Shown here: positions 37,398-48,839 of the stretch, one piece after another | Numbering within the stretch: position 1 is the first letter of the stretch | How the letters are laid out: every line of letters starts with the position of its first letter | Assembly (NCBI GenBank): GCA_040901985.1 | Contig: JBBDYC010000017.1 | Location: 128,001 to 192,000 of the forward strand | Source: Gemmatimonadaceae bacterium | GTDB lineage: Bacteria; Gemmatimonadota; Gemmatimonadetes; Gemmatimonadales; Gemmatimonadaceae | DNA length: 64,000 nt | Reading direction: 5' to 3' | Program-made: the position numbers and the translations under genes | The notes under the pieces: model-generated | Databases searched by the model: none | The model's input: the letters and a program-made list of their open reading frames with translations, nothing else | What the model was told of the DNA's origin: nothing

Positions 37398-38279
37398 CTA
37401 CAATCTAAGCTCAACCCGCAACGCCGTCGCGAGCGTCGGATGGAGGAAGATGAACCCGGCGGCCGTCAGCGCGCGCGGCAACACGCGCTGGCTCGCGAGA
37501 ATCGTTCCCTGGGCCATCTCCCCATAGATCAGCTTCAGGCCGAAGGCCGGCAGCGGCATCAGCGTTGGCCGGTGCAGCAGGCGCCCCAGCGTCTCGGTGA
37601 AGACGGCGTTGGTCACCGGCTCCGGCGCCGTCAGGTTCACCGGTCCAGATAGGCCCGGCGACGCGATGATGAACTGCATCGCGCGCACCCAGTCCTCCCG
37701 CGAGATCCAGCTCATCCATTGCGTCCCCGAACCCAGCGTGCCGCCGAGGCCCGCCTTGAACGGCAGGAGCATCTTGCCGAGCGCGCCACCCTCCGGATTC
37801 AGTACAAGTCCCGTCCGGACGGCGACGACGCGCATCCCCGCCTCGCGCGCCGGCGCCGCGGCCTCCTCCCACGCGCGGCCGACCTCGGCGAGAAAATCCT
37901 CGCCAGTCGCGCTCGACTCATCGAGCACCTCGCCGCCGCGGCTGCCGTAGATCCCGATCGCCGACGCCGAGAGAAACAGCGCCGGCCGCCGCGGCATCCG
38001 CGCACAGGCCTCGGCGAGCTGGCGCGTCCCCTCGACGCGACTGTCGCGGATCGTGCGCTTGCGCGCCGCGGTCCAGCGCTGCGCAATCGGCGCGCCGGCG
38101 AGGTGGATCACCACTTCCGCACCGGCGAGTGCCGCGTGGTCGAGCGGACCGTGCAGCGGATCCCACCGGACATCGCTGCCCGGTCCGCGCCCGATCCGGA
38201 TCACCTTCCGGCCGCGCGCCTCGAGCGACGCCACGAGCGCCGAACCGAGGAAACCCCGCGCCCCGGTGATCGCGATCAT
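37398..38279 (-). CDS. TIGR01777/YfcH-like NAD-dependent epimerase
   Basis: ITGARGFLG, VIHLAGA, SASAIGIYG, GSGTQWMSWI, GPVNLTAPEPVTN. Confidence 0.9.
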   Translation of the reverse strand: MIAITGARGFLGSALVASLEARGRKVIRIGRGPGSDVRWDPLHGPLDHAALAGAEVVIHLAGAPIAQRWTAARKRTIRDSRVEGTRQLAEACARMPRRPALFLSASAIGIYGSRGGEVLDESSATGEDFLAEVGRAWEEAAAPAREAGMRVVAVRTGLVLNPEGGALGKMLLPFKAGLGGTLGSGTQWMSWISREDWVRAMQFIIASPGLSGPVNLTAPEPVTNAVFTETLGRLLHRPTLMPLPAFGLKLIYGEMAQGTILASQRVLPRALTAAGFIFLHPTLATALRVELRL

Positions 38280-38896
38280 TGGGGCGGATCGTCCACGGCA
38301 CGCCAGAGATACCACGACGCCACGGTGCGATACGGCGCCCATCGCGCACCGATCTTCGCCACCCGCTCGGGGGTCGGGTGCTTGCGAAGTCCATAGAGCC
38401 GCTTGATCGCATTCTGCACGCCGAGGTCGAGCACCGGCAGCACGTCGGGCCGTCCGAGCCGGAACATCAGGAACATCTGCGCCGTCCACTCGCCGATCCC
38501 GCGCACCGTCGTCAGCGCGCGGATCACCTCGTGGTCGTCGTGGTGTTCGAGCCGGTCCATCGGCACCGAGCCGGCGTTCACGTGCCGCGCGAGGTCCTTC
38601 AGGTACTCCGCCTTCCGCTCCGACAGGCCAACTGCGCGAAGCCTGGCGTGCGGCGTCGCCAGCAACTCGTCCGGCGCGGGCGAGCGGCCGCCGTAGAGCG
38701 CCTCGAACCGTCCCTGGATGGTGCCGGCGGCCTTGCCCGAGAGCTGCTGAAAGACGATCGAGCGCGCGATCGCGCCGAAGTGCGTGCCCTGCCGCTCCCG
38801 CTGCAGCGCGCACGGGCCTGCCCGTTGGATCCACGCGCCGAGCGTGGGGTCCACTGACTGGAGATGCGCGATGGCGCGCGCGTGGCGGGGCGGCAT
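38276..38896 (-). CDS. alkA: DNA-3-methyladenine glycosylase II (HhH-GPD)
   Basis: SIVFQQLSGKAA, VRGIGEWTAQMFLMF, DLGV, WAPYRT. Confidence 0.88.
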   Translation of the reverse strand: MPPRHARAIAHLQSVDPTLGAWIQRAGPCALQRERQGTHFGAIARSIVFQQLSGKAAGTIQGRFEALYGGRSPAPDELLATPHARLRAVGLSERKAEYLKDLARHVNAGSVPMDRLEHHDDHEVIRALTTVRGIGEWTAQMFLMFRLGRPDVLPVLDLGVQNAIKRLYGLRKHPTPERVAKIGARWAPYRTVASWYLWRAVDDPPQ

Positions 38897-38922
38897 TCAC
38901 CGAAGTTAGCTTCCGGACAGCA

Positions 38923-40284
<1,362 letters not shown>

Positions 40285-40302
40285 CGCCAGTCAAATACTG
40301 CT

Positions 40303-40334
40303 CGGCGAAACCTGCCGCTCGGCGAAACTTGCCT
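40303..40334. promoter_or_regulatory. Tandem imperfect palindromes; candidate enhancer (UAS) sites
   Basis: CGGCGAAACCTGCCG (40303) and CGGCGAAACTTGCCT (40320). Confidence 0.55.
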
Positions 40335-40359
40335 AGTGAACATATGGTTACTACTTCGT

Positions 40360-40416
40360 ATAACTCTTTGTAAAACAACACATTAGAAGCAGCGACTCGC
40401 TGGCACGGAACGTGAA
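40360..40416 (+). promoter_or_regulatory. IHF-like AT tract and sigma54-type -24/-12 promoter
   Basis: AAACAACACATTA resembles WATCAAN4TTR; TGGCACG-GAAC-GTGAA at 40401 has a canonical -24 and a variant -12. Confidence 0.5.
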
Positions 40417-40454
40417 TATAGAGGGTTCAGAACCCTCTCACGAACGAGCCGCGA

Positions 40455-41216
40455 ATGTCCGAAGCCGACCTCTTTACCCGCTGCGCCGCCGGCGACATTG
40501 ACGCCCGAAATGAGCTGGTCCGGATCCACGCCGGACTGGTGCATTTCCTGGCCCGCCGCCTCGCACGCGCCCTTGGCGACTCGGTCGAGCTCGACGAGCT
40601 CGTGAGCGCTGGACAGTTCGGCCTGATGCAGGCCGTCGAGGCGTTCGATCCGGCGCGAGGCATTGCCTTCAGCACCTTCGCCACCGCGCGGGTCCGCGGC
40701 GCCATGCTCGACGAAATGCGACGCGCCGATCCGGTCACCCGCACCGTCCGCGCCCAGACCCGCCGGCTCCACGCGGTCCGCAGTACCCTCGGCAATCGCC
40801 TTGGCCGACGTGCCACCACACGCGAGGTCGCCGCCGAGGCGGGCGTCGAACTCCAGACCGTCTGGCAATGGGAAGCGGACGGCGAACTCCGTTCGGTGTA
40901 CACGCCCGAACTGCCGTTCGACGAGGAGCCCGAGGGCCAGGGCTTCAACGACGAGGTCGGGGCGGTGATCCCCGACCTCGACTTTGAGCTCGACCGCGAG
41001 CGGGAGCGCGAGGTGCTCCGCGAAGTCATCGCCGAGCTCGGCACCGCCGAGCAGCGCGTGCTGTCAATGTACTTCTTCGAGGAGAAGTCACTGCTCGAGA
41101 TTGCGCCCCACCTTGGCGTCACCGAGTCGGGTATTTCGCGGATCCGCACCCGCGCCCTCCGTCAGCTCCGGACGCGTCTCGAGCAGCGCGGATTTGCGCG
41201 CGCCGTCGCCGCGTGA
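40455..41216 (+). CDS. FliA/WhiG-family sigma factor
   Basis: ELVSAGQFGLMQAVEAFDPARGIAFSTFATARVRGAMLDEMR; region 4 LLEIAPHLGVTESGISRIR. Confidence 0.9.
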   Translation: MSEADLFTRCAAGDIDARNELVRIHAGLVHFLARRLARALGDSVELDELVSAGQFGLMQAVEAFDPARGIAFSTFATARVRGAMLDEMRRADPVTRTVRAQTRRLHAVRSTLGNRLGRRATTREVAAEAGVELQTVWQWEADGELRSVYTPELPFDEEPEGQGFNDEVGAVIPDLDFELDREREREVLREVIAELGTAEQRVLSMYFFEEKSLLEIAPHLGVTESGISRIRTRALRQLRTRLEQRGFARAVAA

Positions 41217-41247
41217 AAAGCGCCTGAGCGCCGCCTTGCCGGCGCTG

Positions 41248-41907
41248 CTACGCGGCCGGAGCCCGGCTCATCCCGGGCAGCGTCAACGTGACCCGACCGA
41301 CGCCGTCCGCCCCCGCCTCGGAGCCGCAGCTCCCGGACTCCAGCGCGGCAAACCGTACCAACGACTGATAGGCCGGCGACCGCTCCACCTCGCCCACCGT
41401 GATGCTCCCTTCCACGGTCGCGCTCACGCGCCGGTCGCCGCCGGTGATGGTCGCCCGCAGCTTCGTCGCCGGCGTCGCCGCGTCCGACGCGGCGACGAGC
41501 AACAGGACCATCGCGCGCAGACCGTCGGCGGGCCAGAGCATCACCGGCTCGGCGTCCGCCGCCTCCTCGCCGAGCTCCACCGACACCTGGCGCGCGTCAG
41601 AGCGGTGGTCGAGCAGCGCCGCCGCAACGCGCAGCGCATCACCCAGCCGCTCCGGCTCGCGACGCGTGATCGTCTTTGGCGTCATCCCGCGCAGCAGGTT
41701 GAGCAGCTCGCGCAGGCGATCCATTTCGCTGCGTAGCGCCTGCATTGTCTCGTCCCAGGTGGCGAGCCCCATCTCCTGCAACGACATCACGCCGTCGAGC
41801 GCCGCGACGCGGTTATTCAGGGTGTGGTGCGTCCCCCGCACGAGCATCTCGAGTGTCGGGAGCCAATCCGCGTCGGCAAACGACGACTGCGCGTGGGGCG
41901 TCGTCAT
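41248..41907 (-). CDS. Degenerate histidine kinase-like / phosphotransfer protein
   Basis: H-box-like HHTLNNRV and a HATPase-like fold order, but no recognisable N/G1/G2 boxes; ATG overlaps the methylase TGA. Confidence 0.6.
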   Translation of the reverse strand: MTTPHAQSSFADADWLPTLEMLVRGTHHTLNNRVAALDGVMSLQEMGLATWDETMQALRSEMDRLRELLNLLRGMTPKTITRREPERLGDALRVAAALLDHRSDARQVSVELGEEAADAEPVMLWPADGLRAMVLLLVAASDAATPATKLRATITGGDRRVSATVEGSITVGEVERSPAYQSLVRFAALESGSCGSEAGADGVGRVTLTLPGMSRAPAA

Positions 41908-42992
41908 GCGCTGCCCGCCTCGGCGCGCGACGTCTCGGCGGGCGACGCCTCGGCCGCGGCCGCGATGGCCGCTATTCCGGCGGCGTCGGGGCCGGCGAGG
42001 AAGATCCATTCGGTATTCCCGAGCCGGCCGACCTTCCCGACGCGTTCCCCGCGCAGGTTGTGAATCCCGATCCGCGCACCGACGTAGCGCCGCGACGCCA
42101 CCGGCACCGCCGCCACCTCGCCGAACCGCTCGGCCAGCAGGCCGGTGATCGCCTCGGTGGTGAAGAACCCCTCATCGGAGAACGACACGACGACGTGTCG
42201 GGCCCGGACGCCGAACACCACCTCGCGGAACGCGGGCCAAGCCGTGCCGCGCGCATTGAAGGGGCTCTTGGTCCGGCGGCAGTCGTCGCGCTTGCGGGCA
42301 ATCCCGTACGCCGTCGGCGCATCGCCGCGCACCAGCGTCTCCCAGACGTGATAGTTCGAGTAGTACGAATGCTGGTTGTACGGTGGGTCGAGGTACGCCA
42401 CGTCGAACTCCTCGCCCCGGCGCACCAGGTCGAGGGCATCCTCGCGGCGCGCCGTTCCCGTGCCCGGCAGCAGCGCCGGCAGCCGCAGCGCGATGTCGCG
42501 GTGACTCCGCGGCGACCACGCCTTGAGGTACGCCATCTGGAGTCCGGTGGTCGAGTCCACACGGTCAGCCGCCTCGAGGAGCGCGGTCAAGAGCATCGCG
42601 CGCGCTGGCCCGTTGGGCGCAATCCGGTCCAGCTCGGCGCGCATTGCGTCCACGCGCATCCCGTTCTTCGGCTGCACATAGCGTGCGTCCTCACAGAAGG
42701 TCCGGGTGAAGTACCCGCGGACGCCGGGAAGTGTGTTGAGGTGCGACACAAGCGAGCGCCACTCGCCAAGCGGCGCCGCGGCGCCATCCACGGCGATATA
42801 CGTCGTCGCCAGCGCCTCGCTGTAGGTCGCGAGGTCATTGGCCGTCACCGTGAACCCGGCGGCCTTCAACCCCTGCGCCACGCGCGTCGAACCGGTGAAC
42901 AGGTCGAGCACCGTACGCACACGGGGAATCGCCGACACCAAGGCAACGAGCCGGGGGACGAGCCGCCGTTTGGACCCGATGTACTTGATCAT
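41904..42992 (-). CDS. Orphan N6-adenine DNA methyltransferase (D12 class)
   Basis: KYIGSKRRL, LDLFTGS (motif I), ANDL, YLDPPYNQHSYYSNYH (motif IV). Confidence 0.9.
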   Translation of the reverse strand: MIKYIGSKRRLVPRLVALVSAIPRVRTVLDLFTGSTRVAQGLKAAGFTVTANDLATYSEALATTYIAVDGAAAPLGEWRSLVSHLNTLPGVRGYFTRTFCEDARYVQPKNGMRVDAMRAELDRIAPNGPARAMLLTALLEAADRVDSTTGLQMAYLKAWSPRSHRDIALRLPALLPGTGTARREDALDLVRRGEEFDVAYLDPPYNQHSYYSNYHVWETLVRGDAPTAYGIARKRDDCRRTKSPFNARGTAWPAFREVVFGVRARHVVVSFSDEGFFTTEAITGLLAERFGEVAAVPVASRRYVGARIGIHNLRGERVGKVGRLGNTEWIFLAGPDAAGIAAIAAAAEASPAETSRAEAGSA

Positions 42993-43072
42993 CGCTCCCG
43001 CCCAAGGTAGGGCGGGGTTCGTGCTCCGGCCAGCAGTTCTGTAGGTTCAGGGAGACAATTCCCGGAGTCAGC

Positions 43073-45445
43073 ATGCGGATCACCAAGGTCGGGGTCGTCG
43101 GCGCCGGTGCGATGGGGGCAGGCATCGCCGCCCTCGCCGCCTCGGCGGGCCTGCCGGTCATCCTCCTCGACATTCCCGGCAGCGACGACCCCCGCTCGGC
43201 CGACCGCTCCAAGCCCGCGCGCGATGGCCTCGACCGCGCGCGCAAGGCCAGGCCCGCCGCCTTCCTCGACCCGTCCGCGGCGGCGCGCATCACCATCGGC
43301 AACACCGCTGATGACCTAGGCCTGTTGACCGACTGCAGCTGGATCTGCGAAGCGATCATCGAGAAGCCGCAGCCCAAGCAGGAGCTCTTCGCCAAGCTCG
43401 AGCAACTCGCCCCCGACGCCATCGTCACGTCCAACACCTCGGGGATCCCGATGGGGATCCTGCTCGAGGGGCGCAGCAAGCGCTTTCGCGAGCGGTTCCT
43501 CGGCACGCACTACTTCAATCCGCCGCGGTATATGCATCTCCTCGAGCTCATCCCGACGGGCGAGACCTCGCCGAGCGTGCTGGAGACCATTCGTCAATTC
43601 CAGGAGCGCGTGCTCGGCAAGGGAATCGTCGTGGCGAAGGATGTGCCGGGGTTCGTCGCCAATCGCCTTGGCGTGCACGGAATGGTTGTCGCCGGGCGCC
43701 TGATGGTGGAACACGACCTGACGATTCCCGAGGTGGACACGCTCACTGGGGCGCTGATCGGCCGCGCAAAGACGGCGACCTTCCGCACCGGCGACCTCTC
43801 CGGGCTCGACGTCCTCGTGCACGTCACCGCCGGCCTCTCCACGACCACCGGCGAGGACCTCGCGCTCGTGCCGTTTGTCCACGAGCTCGTGAAGCGCGGG
43901 CACCTTGGCGACAAGACCAAGTCCGGCTTTTACAAGAAGGACGGCGAGCGCATCCTCGCACTCGACTGGAAGACACTCGAGTACCGCGAGATGGGGCGAT
44001 TCTCCACGCCGGAGATTGACGCGCTCGGGAAGCTTGGGGCGGCGGCGCGCATCGCCAAGGCCAAGGAGCTGTCCGGCAAGCACGGCACCTTTCTCCGCGC
44101 GTTGCTCGTCGAGCAGTGCCACTATTGCTGCGAGCTCGCGCCCTCGCTGGCGTTCGACATCGCGGCCGTGGACCGGGCGATGGAGTGGGGCTACGGATGG
44201 GAGCTCGGCCCCTTCCGGGCGATGGACGCGCTCGGACTCGATTGGCTGCGTGACGCCTTCACCAAGGCCGGCAAGGAGATCCCGCCGCTGCTCGCTCGCG
44301 CCGGCCGGGCATTCTATCGCCACGACCCCGCGGGCGAGCGCGTGCTGCTGCTCGACTCCTCCCAGGCGCCGCGTCGGCGCGTGTCGGACCCGACGGCCGC
44401 CCCAGAGGGACCTTGGGCGCCGGTGCCGCCCGTGCCCGGGCGAATCGAGCTCGCCACGTTCCGCTCGCAGGGGATGATTGTGCGCGAGAACACCGAGGCC
44501 CGCCTGGTGGACCTCGGCGACGGCGTGCTCTGCCTCGAGTTCTGCGGCAAGATGAACACCCTTGGTCCCGGCGTGATGGACCTGACCGCCGAGGCGATTG
44601 ACCTCGTCCTGCGCGACCGGATGGCCGGGCTCGTGGTGGGGAACGACGACCCGCGCACCTTCACCGCCGGCGCCAACCTCGCGGGCATCGGCCAGCTCGT
44701 GCAGGGCGGTGACTGGAAGTCGCTCGAGCAGATCACCAAGCGCTTCCAGGACACCGTGATGTCGTTCCGCTTCGCGCCCTTTCCGGTCGTCGCGGCCCCG
44801 TTCGGCCTCACGCTTGGCGGCGGGTGTGAGATCTCACTCCACTGCGATCGCATCCAGGCCCACGCCGAGCTGTATATGGGATTGGTGGAGGTCGGCGTGG
44901 GGCTCGTCCCCGGCGGCGGCGGGACCAAGGAACTCGCCTTCCGGTTCACCAACGCGCTCGCGGCGTACGAGGGAGCCGATCCGTTCGAGGGAGTGAAGCG
45001 GGCGTTCAAGTTGATTGCGCTCGCGCAGACGAGCACCTCAGCGCACGAGGCGCGCGCGATGGGACTGCTGCGCCCGGTGGCCGACCGCATCTCGATGAAC
45101 CGCGACGTCCTCCTCGCCGACGCCAAGGCGCGGGTGCTCGACCTCGCGCCGGACTATGTGGCGCCGCTGCCGCGTCGGATGACCGCGCTCGGCCGGGCCG
45201 GCGTCGCGAACCTCGACTACGCGCTCTTTGCGTTCCAGGAGGCGGGCCAGGCCTCGGCGCACGACCGCCGCATCGGTAACGAAGTGGCGCTGATTCTCTG
45301 CGGCGGCGACGGTCCGCCGCGCGAGGTCACGGAGCAGGACCTGCTTGACCTGGAGCGCGACGCCTTTCTCCGGTTGCTCGGCACCAAGGAGACGCAGGCG
45401 CGGATCGCGCATATGCTCGGCACCGGCAAGCCGCTCCGCAACTGA
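43073..45445 (+). CDS. 3-hydroxyacyl-CoA dehydrogenase / enoyl-CoA hydratase (FadN-type)
   Basis: [56 protein letters not shown]. Confidence 0.95.
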   Translation: MRITKVGVVGAGAMGAGIAALAASAGLPVILLDIPGSDDPRSADRSKPARDGLDRARKARPAAFLDPSAAARITIGNTADDLGLLTDCSWICEAIIEKPQPKQELFAKLEQLAPDAIVTSNTSGIPMGILLEGRSKRFRERFLGTHYFNPPRYMHLLELIPTGETSPSVLETIRQFQERVLGKGIVVAKDVPGFVANRLGVHGMVVAGRLMVEHDLTIPEVDTLTGALIGRAKTATFRTGDLSGLDVLVHVTAGLSTTTGEDLALVPFVHELVKRGHLGDKTKSGFYKKDGERILALDWKTLEYREMGRFSTPEIDALGKLGAAARIAKAKELSGKHGTFLRALLVEQCHYCCELAPSLAFDIAAVDRAMEWGYGWELGPFRAMDALGLDWLRDAFTKAGKEIPPLLARAGRAFYRHDPAGERVLLLDSSQAPRRRVSDPTAAPEGPWAPVPPVPGRIELATFRSQGMIVRENTEARLVDLGDGVLCLEFCGKMNTLGPGVMDLTAEAIDLVLRDRMAGLVVGNDDPRTFTAGANLAGIGQLVQGGDWKSLEQITKRFQDTVMSFRFAPFPVVAAPFGLTLGGGCEISLHCDRIQAHAELYMGLVEVGVGLVPGGGGTKELAFRFTNALAAYEGADPFEGVKRAFKLIALAQTSTSAHEARAMGLLRPVADRISMNRDVLLADAKARVLDLAPDYVAPLPRRMTALGRAGVANLDYALFAFQEAGQASAHDRRIGNEVALILCGGDGPPREVTEQDLLDLERDAFLRLLGTKETQARIAHMLGTGKPLRN

Positions 45446-45462
45446 CTTCACTGGATATCCAT

Positions 45463-46743
45463 ATGCCCAAGGCAAAGGCAAGCACGAAGGCAAAGACCAA
45501 GGCCAGCGCGAAGGCGAGCGCGAAGGCGAGCGCGAAGGCCAGCGCGAAGGCGAGCGCGAAGGCCAGCGTCGGCGCGCGCGACGAGGTCGTGATCGTCAGC
45601 GCGGCACGCAGCGCGGTCGGGCGCGGCAAGAAGGACGGCGCCCTCGCCTCGGTGCATCCGGTGGAACTCTCGGCGATCGTGATGCGCGCCGTCGCCGACC
45701 GTGTGGGGTTCGACGCGGCAATGATTGACGACGTGATCTGGGGCTGCGCGATGCCCGAGGCGGGCCAGGGACTCAACACCGCGCGCCTCGCGATGCTGCG
45801 CGCGGGCTTCCCGGTGGACGTCTCGGCGATGACGGTGAATCGCTTTTGCTCGAGCGGACTCCAGACCATCGCACTCGGCGCGCAGGCGATCCTCAGCGGT
45901 ATGAACGACGTGATCCTCGCCGGCGGCGTGGAGATGATGAGCGCCGTCCCGATGTCGGGTTATCACACGCGGCTGCATCCTGACATCACCGAAGCCAACA
46001 TCGGGATGGGGTTCACGGCCGAGCGTGTGGCCGGGCGCTGGGGGATCACGCGGGAGATGCAGGACGCCTTTGCGTTGGGGTCGCAGCAGAAGGCCGCCGC
46101 GGCACAGGCGGCGGGCGCATTTGCCGGGGAGATCGTGCCGGTGCCGGTGGAGCGCGCCACCTGGAAGGGCGCCAAGAAGACCAGCGAGACCGTTCGGTTT
46201 GCCGCCGACGAGATGGTCCGCGCCGGCACGACGATGGAGGGACTCGCCAAGCTGCCGCCGGCGTTCAAGCCGAAGGGCACCGTGACTGCGGGCAACTCGT
46301 CGCCGCTCTCCGACGGCGCGGCGGGCGTTCTATTGATGCGGGCATCCAGGGCCAAGGCACTCGGTCTCAAGCCCCTCGCGCGGTTTGTGCACTTCGCCAC
46401 CGCTGGCGTCGAGCCCGACGTGATGGGGATCGGGCCGGTGAAAGCCGTGCCGAAGGTGCTTTCGCGGGCTGGACTCAAGCTCACGGACATCAAGCTGATC
46501 GAGTTCAACGAGGCCTTCGCCGCGCAGGCGCTCGCGGTCATCAAGGACCTCGAGATGGACACCAGCATCACGAACGTGAACGGCGGCGCGATTGCCCTCG
46601 GTCACCCGCTCGGCGCCACCGGCGCCAAGCTCACCGTCCAGCTCATCCACGAACTCGGCCGGCGGGGCGGCGGACTCGGACTGGTGACGATGTGCATCGG
46701 CGGCGGGATGGGGGCGGCGGGGATCTTCGAGGTCTTCAGCTGA
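45463..46743 (+). CDS. fadA: Acetyl-CoA C-acyltransferase (thiolase)
   Basis: [34 protein letters not shown]. Confidence 0.93.
   Translation: MPKAKASTKAKTKASAKASAKASAKASAKASAKASVGARDEVVIVSAARSAVGRGKKDGALASVHPVELSAIVMRAVADRVGFDAAMIDDVIWGCAMPEAGQGLNTARLAMLRAGFPVDVSAMTVNRFCSSGLQTIALGAQAILSGMNDVILAGGVEMMSAVPMSGYHTRLHPDITEANIGMGFTAERVAGRWGITREMQDAFALGSQQKAAAAQAAGAFAGEIVPVPVERATWKGAKKTSETVRFAADEMVRAGTTMEGLAKLPPAFKPKGTVTAGNSSPLSDGAAGVLLMRASRAKALGLKPLARFVHFATAGVEPDVMGIGPVKAVPKVLSRAGLKLTDIKLIEFNEAFAAQALAVIKDLEMDTSITNVNGGAIALGHPLGATGAKLTVQLIHELGRRGGGLGLVTMCIGGGMGAAGIFEVFS
45499..45570 (+). repeat. 12-bp coding tandem repeat (KASA x6)
   Basis: AAGGC(C/G)AGCGCG, six units, in the thiolase N-terminus. 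Confidence 0.85.
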
Positions 46744-47116
46744 TCGGCCGCTCCTCGGCGATCCCGATCAGGTTGCGCTCGGGGTCCCGGCAGAAGCAGA
46801 TCCAGATCTCGTGCGTCGCCGTCTTGCCGACCAGGTGCGGCTCGTCGTCAAACGGCACGCCGCGCGCCTTGAGCGCCTCGTAGGCCTTCCGGCAGTCCGG
46901 CACGTCGAAGTAGAGGATCGAGTTCGCGTGGTCGAACTCGGCGTGGCTTGGCGGCGAGAGCATCAATCGGACGCCGCCCGCGTCGAAGAAGGCGAGCCCG
47001 TTCGTCTCGAACTGGAGCGGGAGACCGAGCCCGTCGCGATAAAAGGGGACCGCCTTTGGCACGTCGTGCTGCACCAGCGCGATCTGCTGCACCTTGCCCA
47101 GCCGGAACCCGTCCAT
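46736..47116 (-). CDS. VOC/glyoxalase-family protein
   Basis: [33 protein letters not shown]. Confidence 0.88.
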   Translation of the reverse strand: MDGFRLGKVQQIALVQHDVPKAVPFYRDGLGLPLQFETNGLAFFDAGGVRLMLSPPSHAEFDHANSILYFDVPDCRKAYEALKARGVPFDDEPHLVGKTATHEIWICFCRDPERNLIGIAEERPIS

Positions 47117-47174
47117 CCCTCCTCCTGCGTGGTCGGCGCCTGACGGGACGGCGGTCGCCGGCCTTGCCAAGTCG

Positions 47175-47187
47175 TTAGCATTGCTAA
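47175..47187. promoter_or_regulatory. Candidate MarR operator
   Basis: TTAGCA-T-TGCTAA palindrome between the divergent VOC and MarR genes. Confidence 0.6.
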
Positions 47188-47198
47188 ATATTAGGCGG

Positions 47199-47753
47199 GT
47201 GCCGCCCAGGATCGCAAGCCCGCCTCATTCGTCTCACCCGCCTCGAGCGCCCGACCCCCTCGCCGAGCCGCTGCACCGCCACGCGCTGCACCTGCTGCGA
47301 CGGCTGCGCCTCGAGGATGCGGCGAGCGGGCTGAGCGCGGCACGGCTCTCGGCCCTCTCGGTCCTCGTTTTCGGCGGTCCGACGACGCTCGGTGCGCTCG
47401 CTGCCGCCGAGCAGGTCAGCGCGCCGACGATGACCCGCATCATCCAGGAGCTGGAGCGCGACGGGTGGGTGCGCCGGCGGCAGGACGCCGCCGACGCGCG
47501 CGTCTCGCGGCTCGAGGCCACGGCGGCGGCGGTGCGGCTCCTTCACGACGGCCGGAATCGCCGGCTGGGTGCCCTCTCGCGCGGCCTTGCGCGGCTTGAG
47601 CCGGACGAGCGCCGCGCGGTTGCGTTGGCGCTCCCCGCGCTCGGCCGGGTCGTCGAGGCGCTCCGGTCCACGGGCTCGACGGCGGGACACCAGCCGGGAC
47701 ACGGCGAGCGGCACAAGCGGCGCGGCCGACTCGGGCGGCGACGGCACGACTGA
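47199..47753 (+). CDS. MarR-family regulator
   Basis: LSAARLSALSVL, LAAAEQVSAPTMTRIIQELERDGWVRR, DAR; GTG start inferred. Confidence 0.88.
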   Translation: MPPRIASPPHSSHPPRAPDPLAEPLHRHALHLLRRLRLEDAASGLSAARLSALSVLVFGGPTTLGALAAAEQVSAPTMTRIIQELERDGWVRRRQDAADARVSRLEATAAAVRLLHDGRNRRLGALSRGLARLEPDERRAVALALPALGRVVEALRSTGSTAGHQPGHGERHKRRGRLGRRRHD

Positions 47754-47761
47754 GTCGCAGG

Positions 47762-48808
47762 CTACCCGCGTGCGACTACGGCTCCGCCCATTTCGCCTAG
47801 CAATCGCACCGCATCGCCGAGCCGCGCGAAGCGCTCGTCGTTGGTGAGCCCCTTCCGGTAGCGCGCAAAGATCTGCTGGGCGATCACCGCGATCTTGAAC
47901 AGTCCAAACGCGTGGTAGAATGTGGCTGGCCTCGCACCGCGGCCGCTTTTCTGCAGGTAGCGCTCCCAGAGCTCGGCCCGCGTGAGGTTTCCCGGCAGTG
48001 CGGTGATCCCGAGGCCGAGCGAGCGGAACGCCGGATGATCCCCTGCCTCCACCCAGTAGCCAAGCGTCGTGCCCACGTCGAGCAGCGGATCGCCAAGCGT
48101 CGCCATCTCCCAATCGAGCACGGCGACGATCCGCCCGGGCGACTTCGCGTCGAGGACGAGATTGTCGAACTTGTAGTCGTTGTGGACCAGGCAGGCGCCC
48201 GACTCCCCCGGCTGGTGCTCGGCGAGCCACGCCGCCAACTGCTCCACCGCAGGTACGTCGTCCGTTCGGGACGATGCCCAGCGCTTCGTCCACCCCTCGA
48301 CCTGCCTCCCAACGTATCCCTGCGGCCTGCCGAGTCCGCCGATCACCGGGTCGGAAGGTGTGGCGCCGTGGATTGCGACCAGTGTGTCGAGGAACGATCC
48401 GCAGAGCTTCGCAAAGGCCGCGGCATCGTAACCGGCCGGCGCTGCGGCCCCGCGCAGGATCACCCCGCGCACCCGCTCCATTATGTAGAAGGGCACGCCG
48501 ATGACATCGGCGTGCTCGCAGGTGGCAATCGCGCGCGGCGCCGGGATGTGTCGCAGCTCCAGCACCGAGAGGATCCGCGCCTCACGCGGCATGTCGTGCG
48601 CACTCCCCGGCTTCACCCCCGCCGGCGGCCGCCGCAGCACGAACTCACCGGCCGTCGTGCGCAACAGGTACGTGAGATTCGAGAATCCACCGGGAAACTG
48701 CTCGACCGCTGTGACCGCCCCAACCGCCGGCGCCGCCTCGCGCAGCCAAGCATTCAGCGCCCCGAGCGGCAGCTCCTCCCCAGCACGCACAGGATTGGTC
48801 TCGCTCAC
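47762..48808 (-). CDS. APH-like phosphotransferase (acyl-CoA dehydrogenase-associated)
   Basis: QFPGGFSNLTY, VLRRPP, HNDYKFDN, VLDWEMATLGDPL. Confidence 0.9.
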   Translation of the reverse strand: MSETNPVRAGEELPLGALNAWLREAAPAVGAVTAVEQFPGGFSNLTYLLRTTAGEFVLRRPPAGVKPGSAHDMPREARILSVLELRHIPAPRAIATCEHADVIGVPFYIMERVRGVILRGAAAPAGYDAAAFAKLCGSFLDTLVAIHGATPSDPVIGGLGRPQGYVGRQVEGWTKRWASSRTDDVPAVEQLAAWLAEHQPGESGACLVHNDYKFDNLVLDAKSPGRIVAVLDWEMATLGDPLLDVGTTLGYWVEAGDHPAFRSLGLGITALPGNLTRAELWERYLQKSGRGARPATFYHAFGLFKIAVIAQQIFARYRKGLTNDERFARLGDAVRLLGEMGGAVVARG

Positions 48809-48839
48809 GTGGTGCCTTTCCCCTTTGACATCTCCACTT

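Noticed and set aside
41904..42992. Methylase as the cognate partner of McrBC or the cause of RTCGAY avoidance
   Set aside because: It lies 12 kb away with host-like composition, and the C-to-T pattern points more to cytosine methylation; not supportable from sequence alone.
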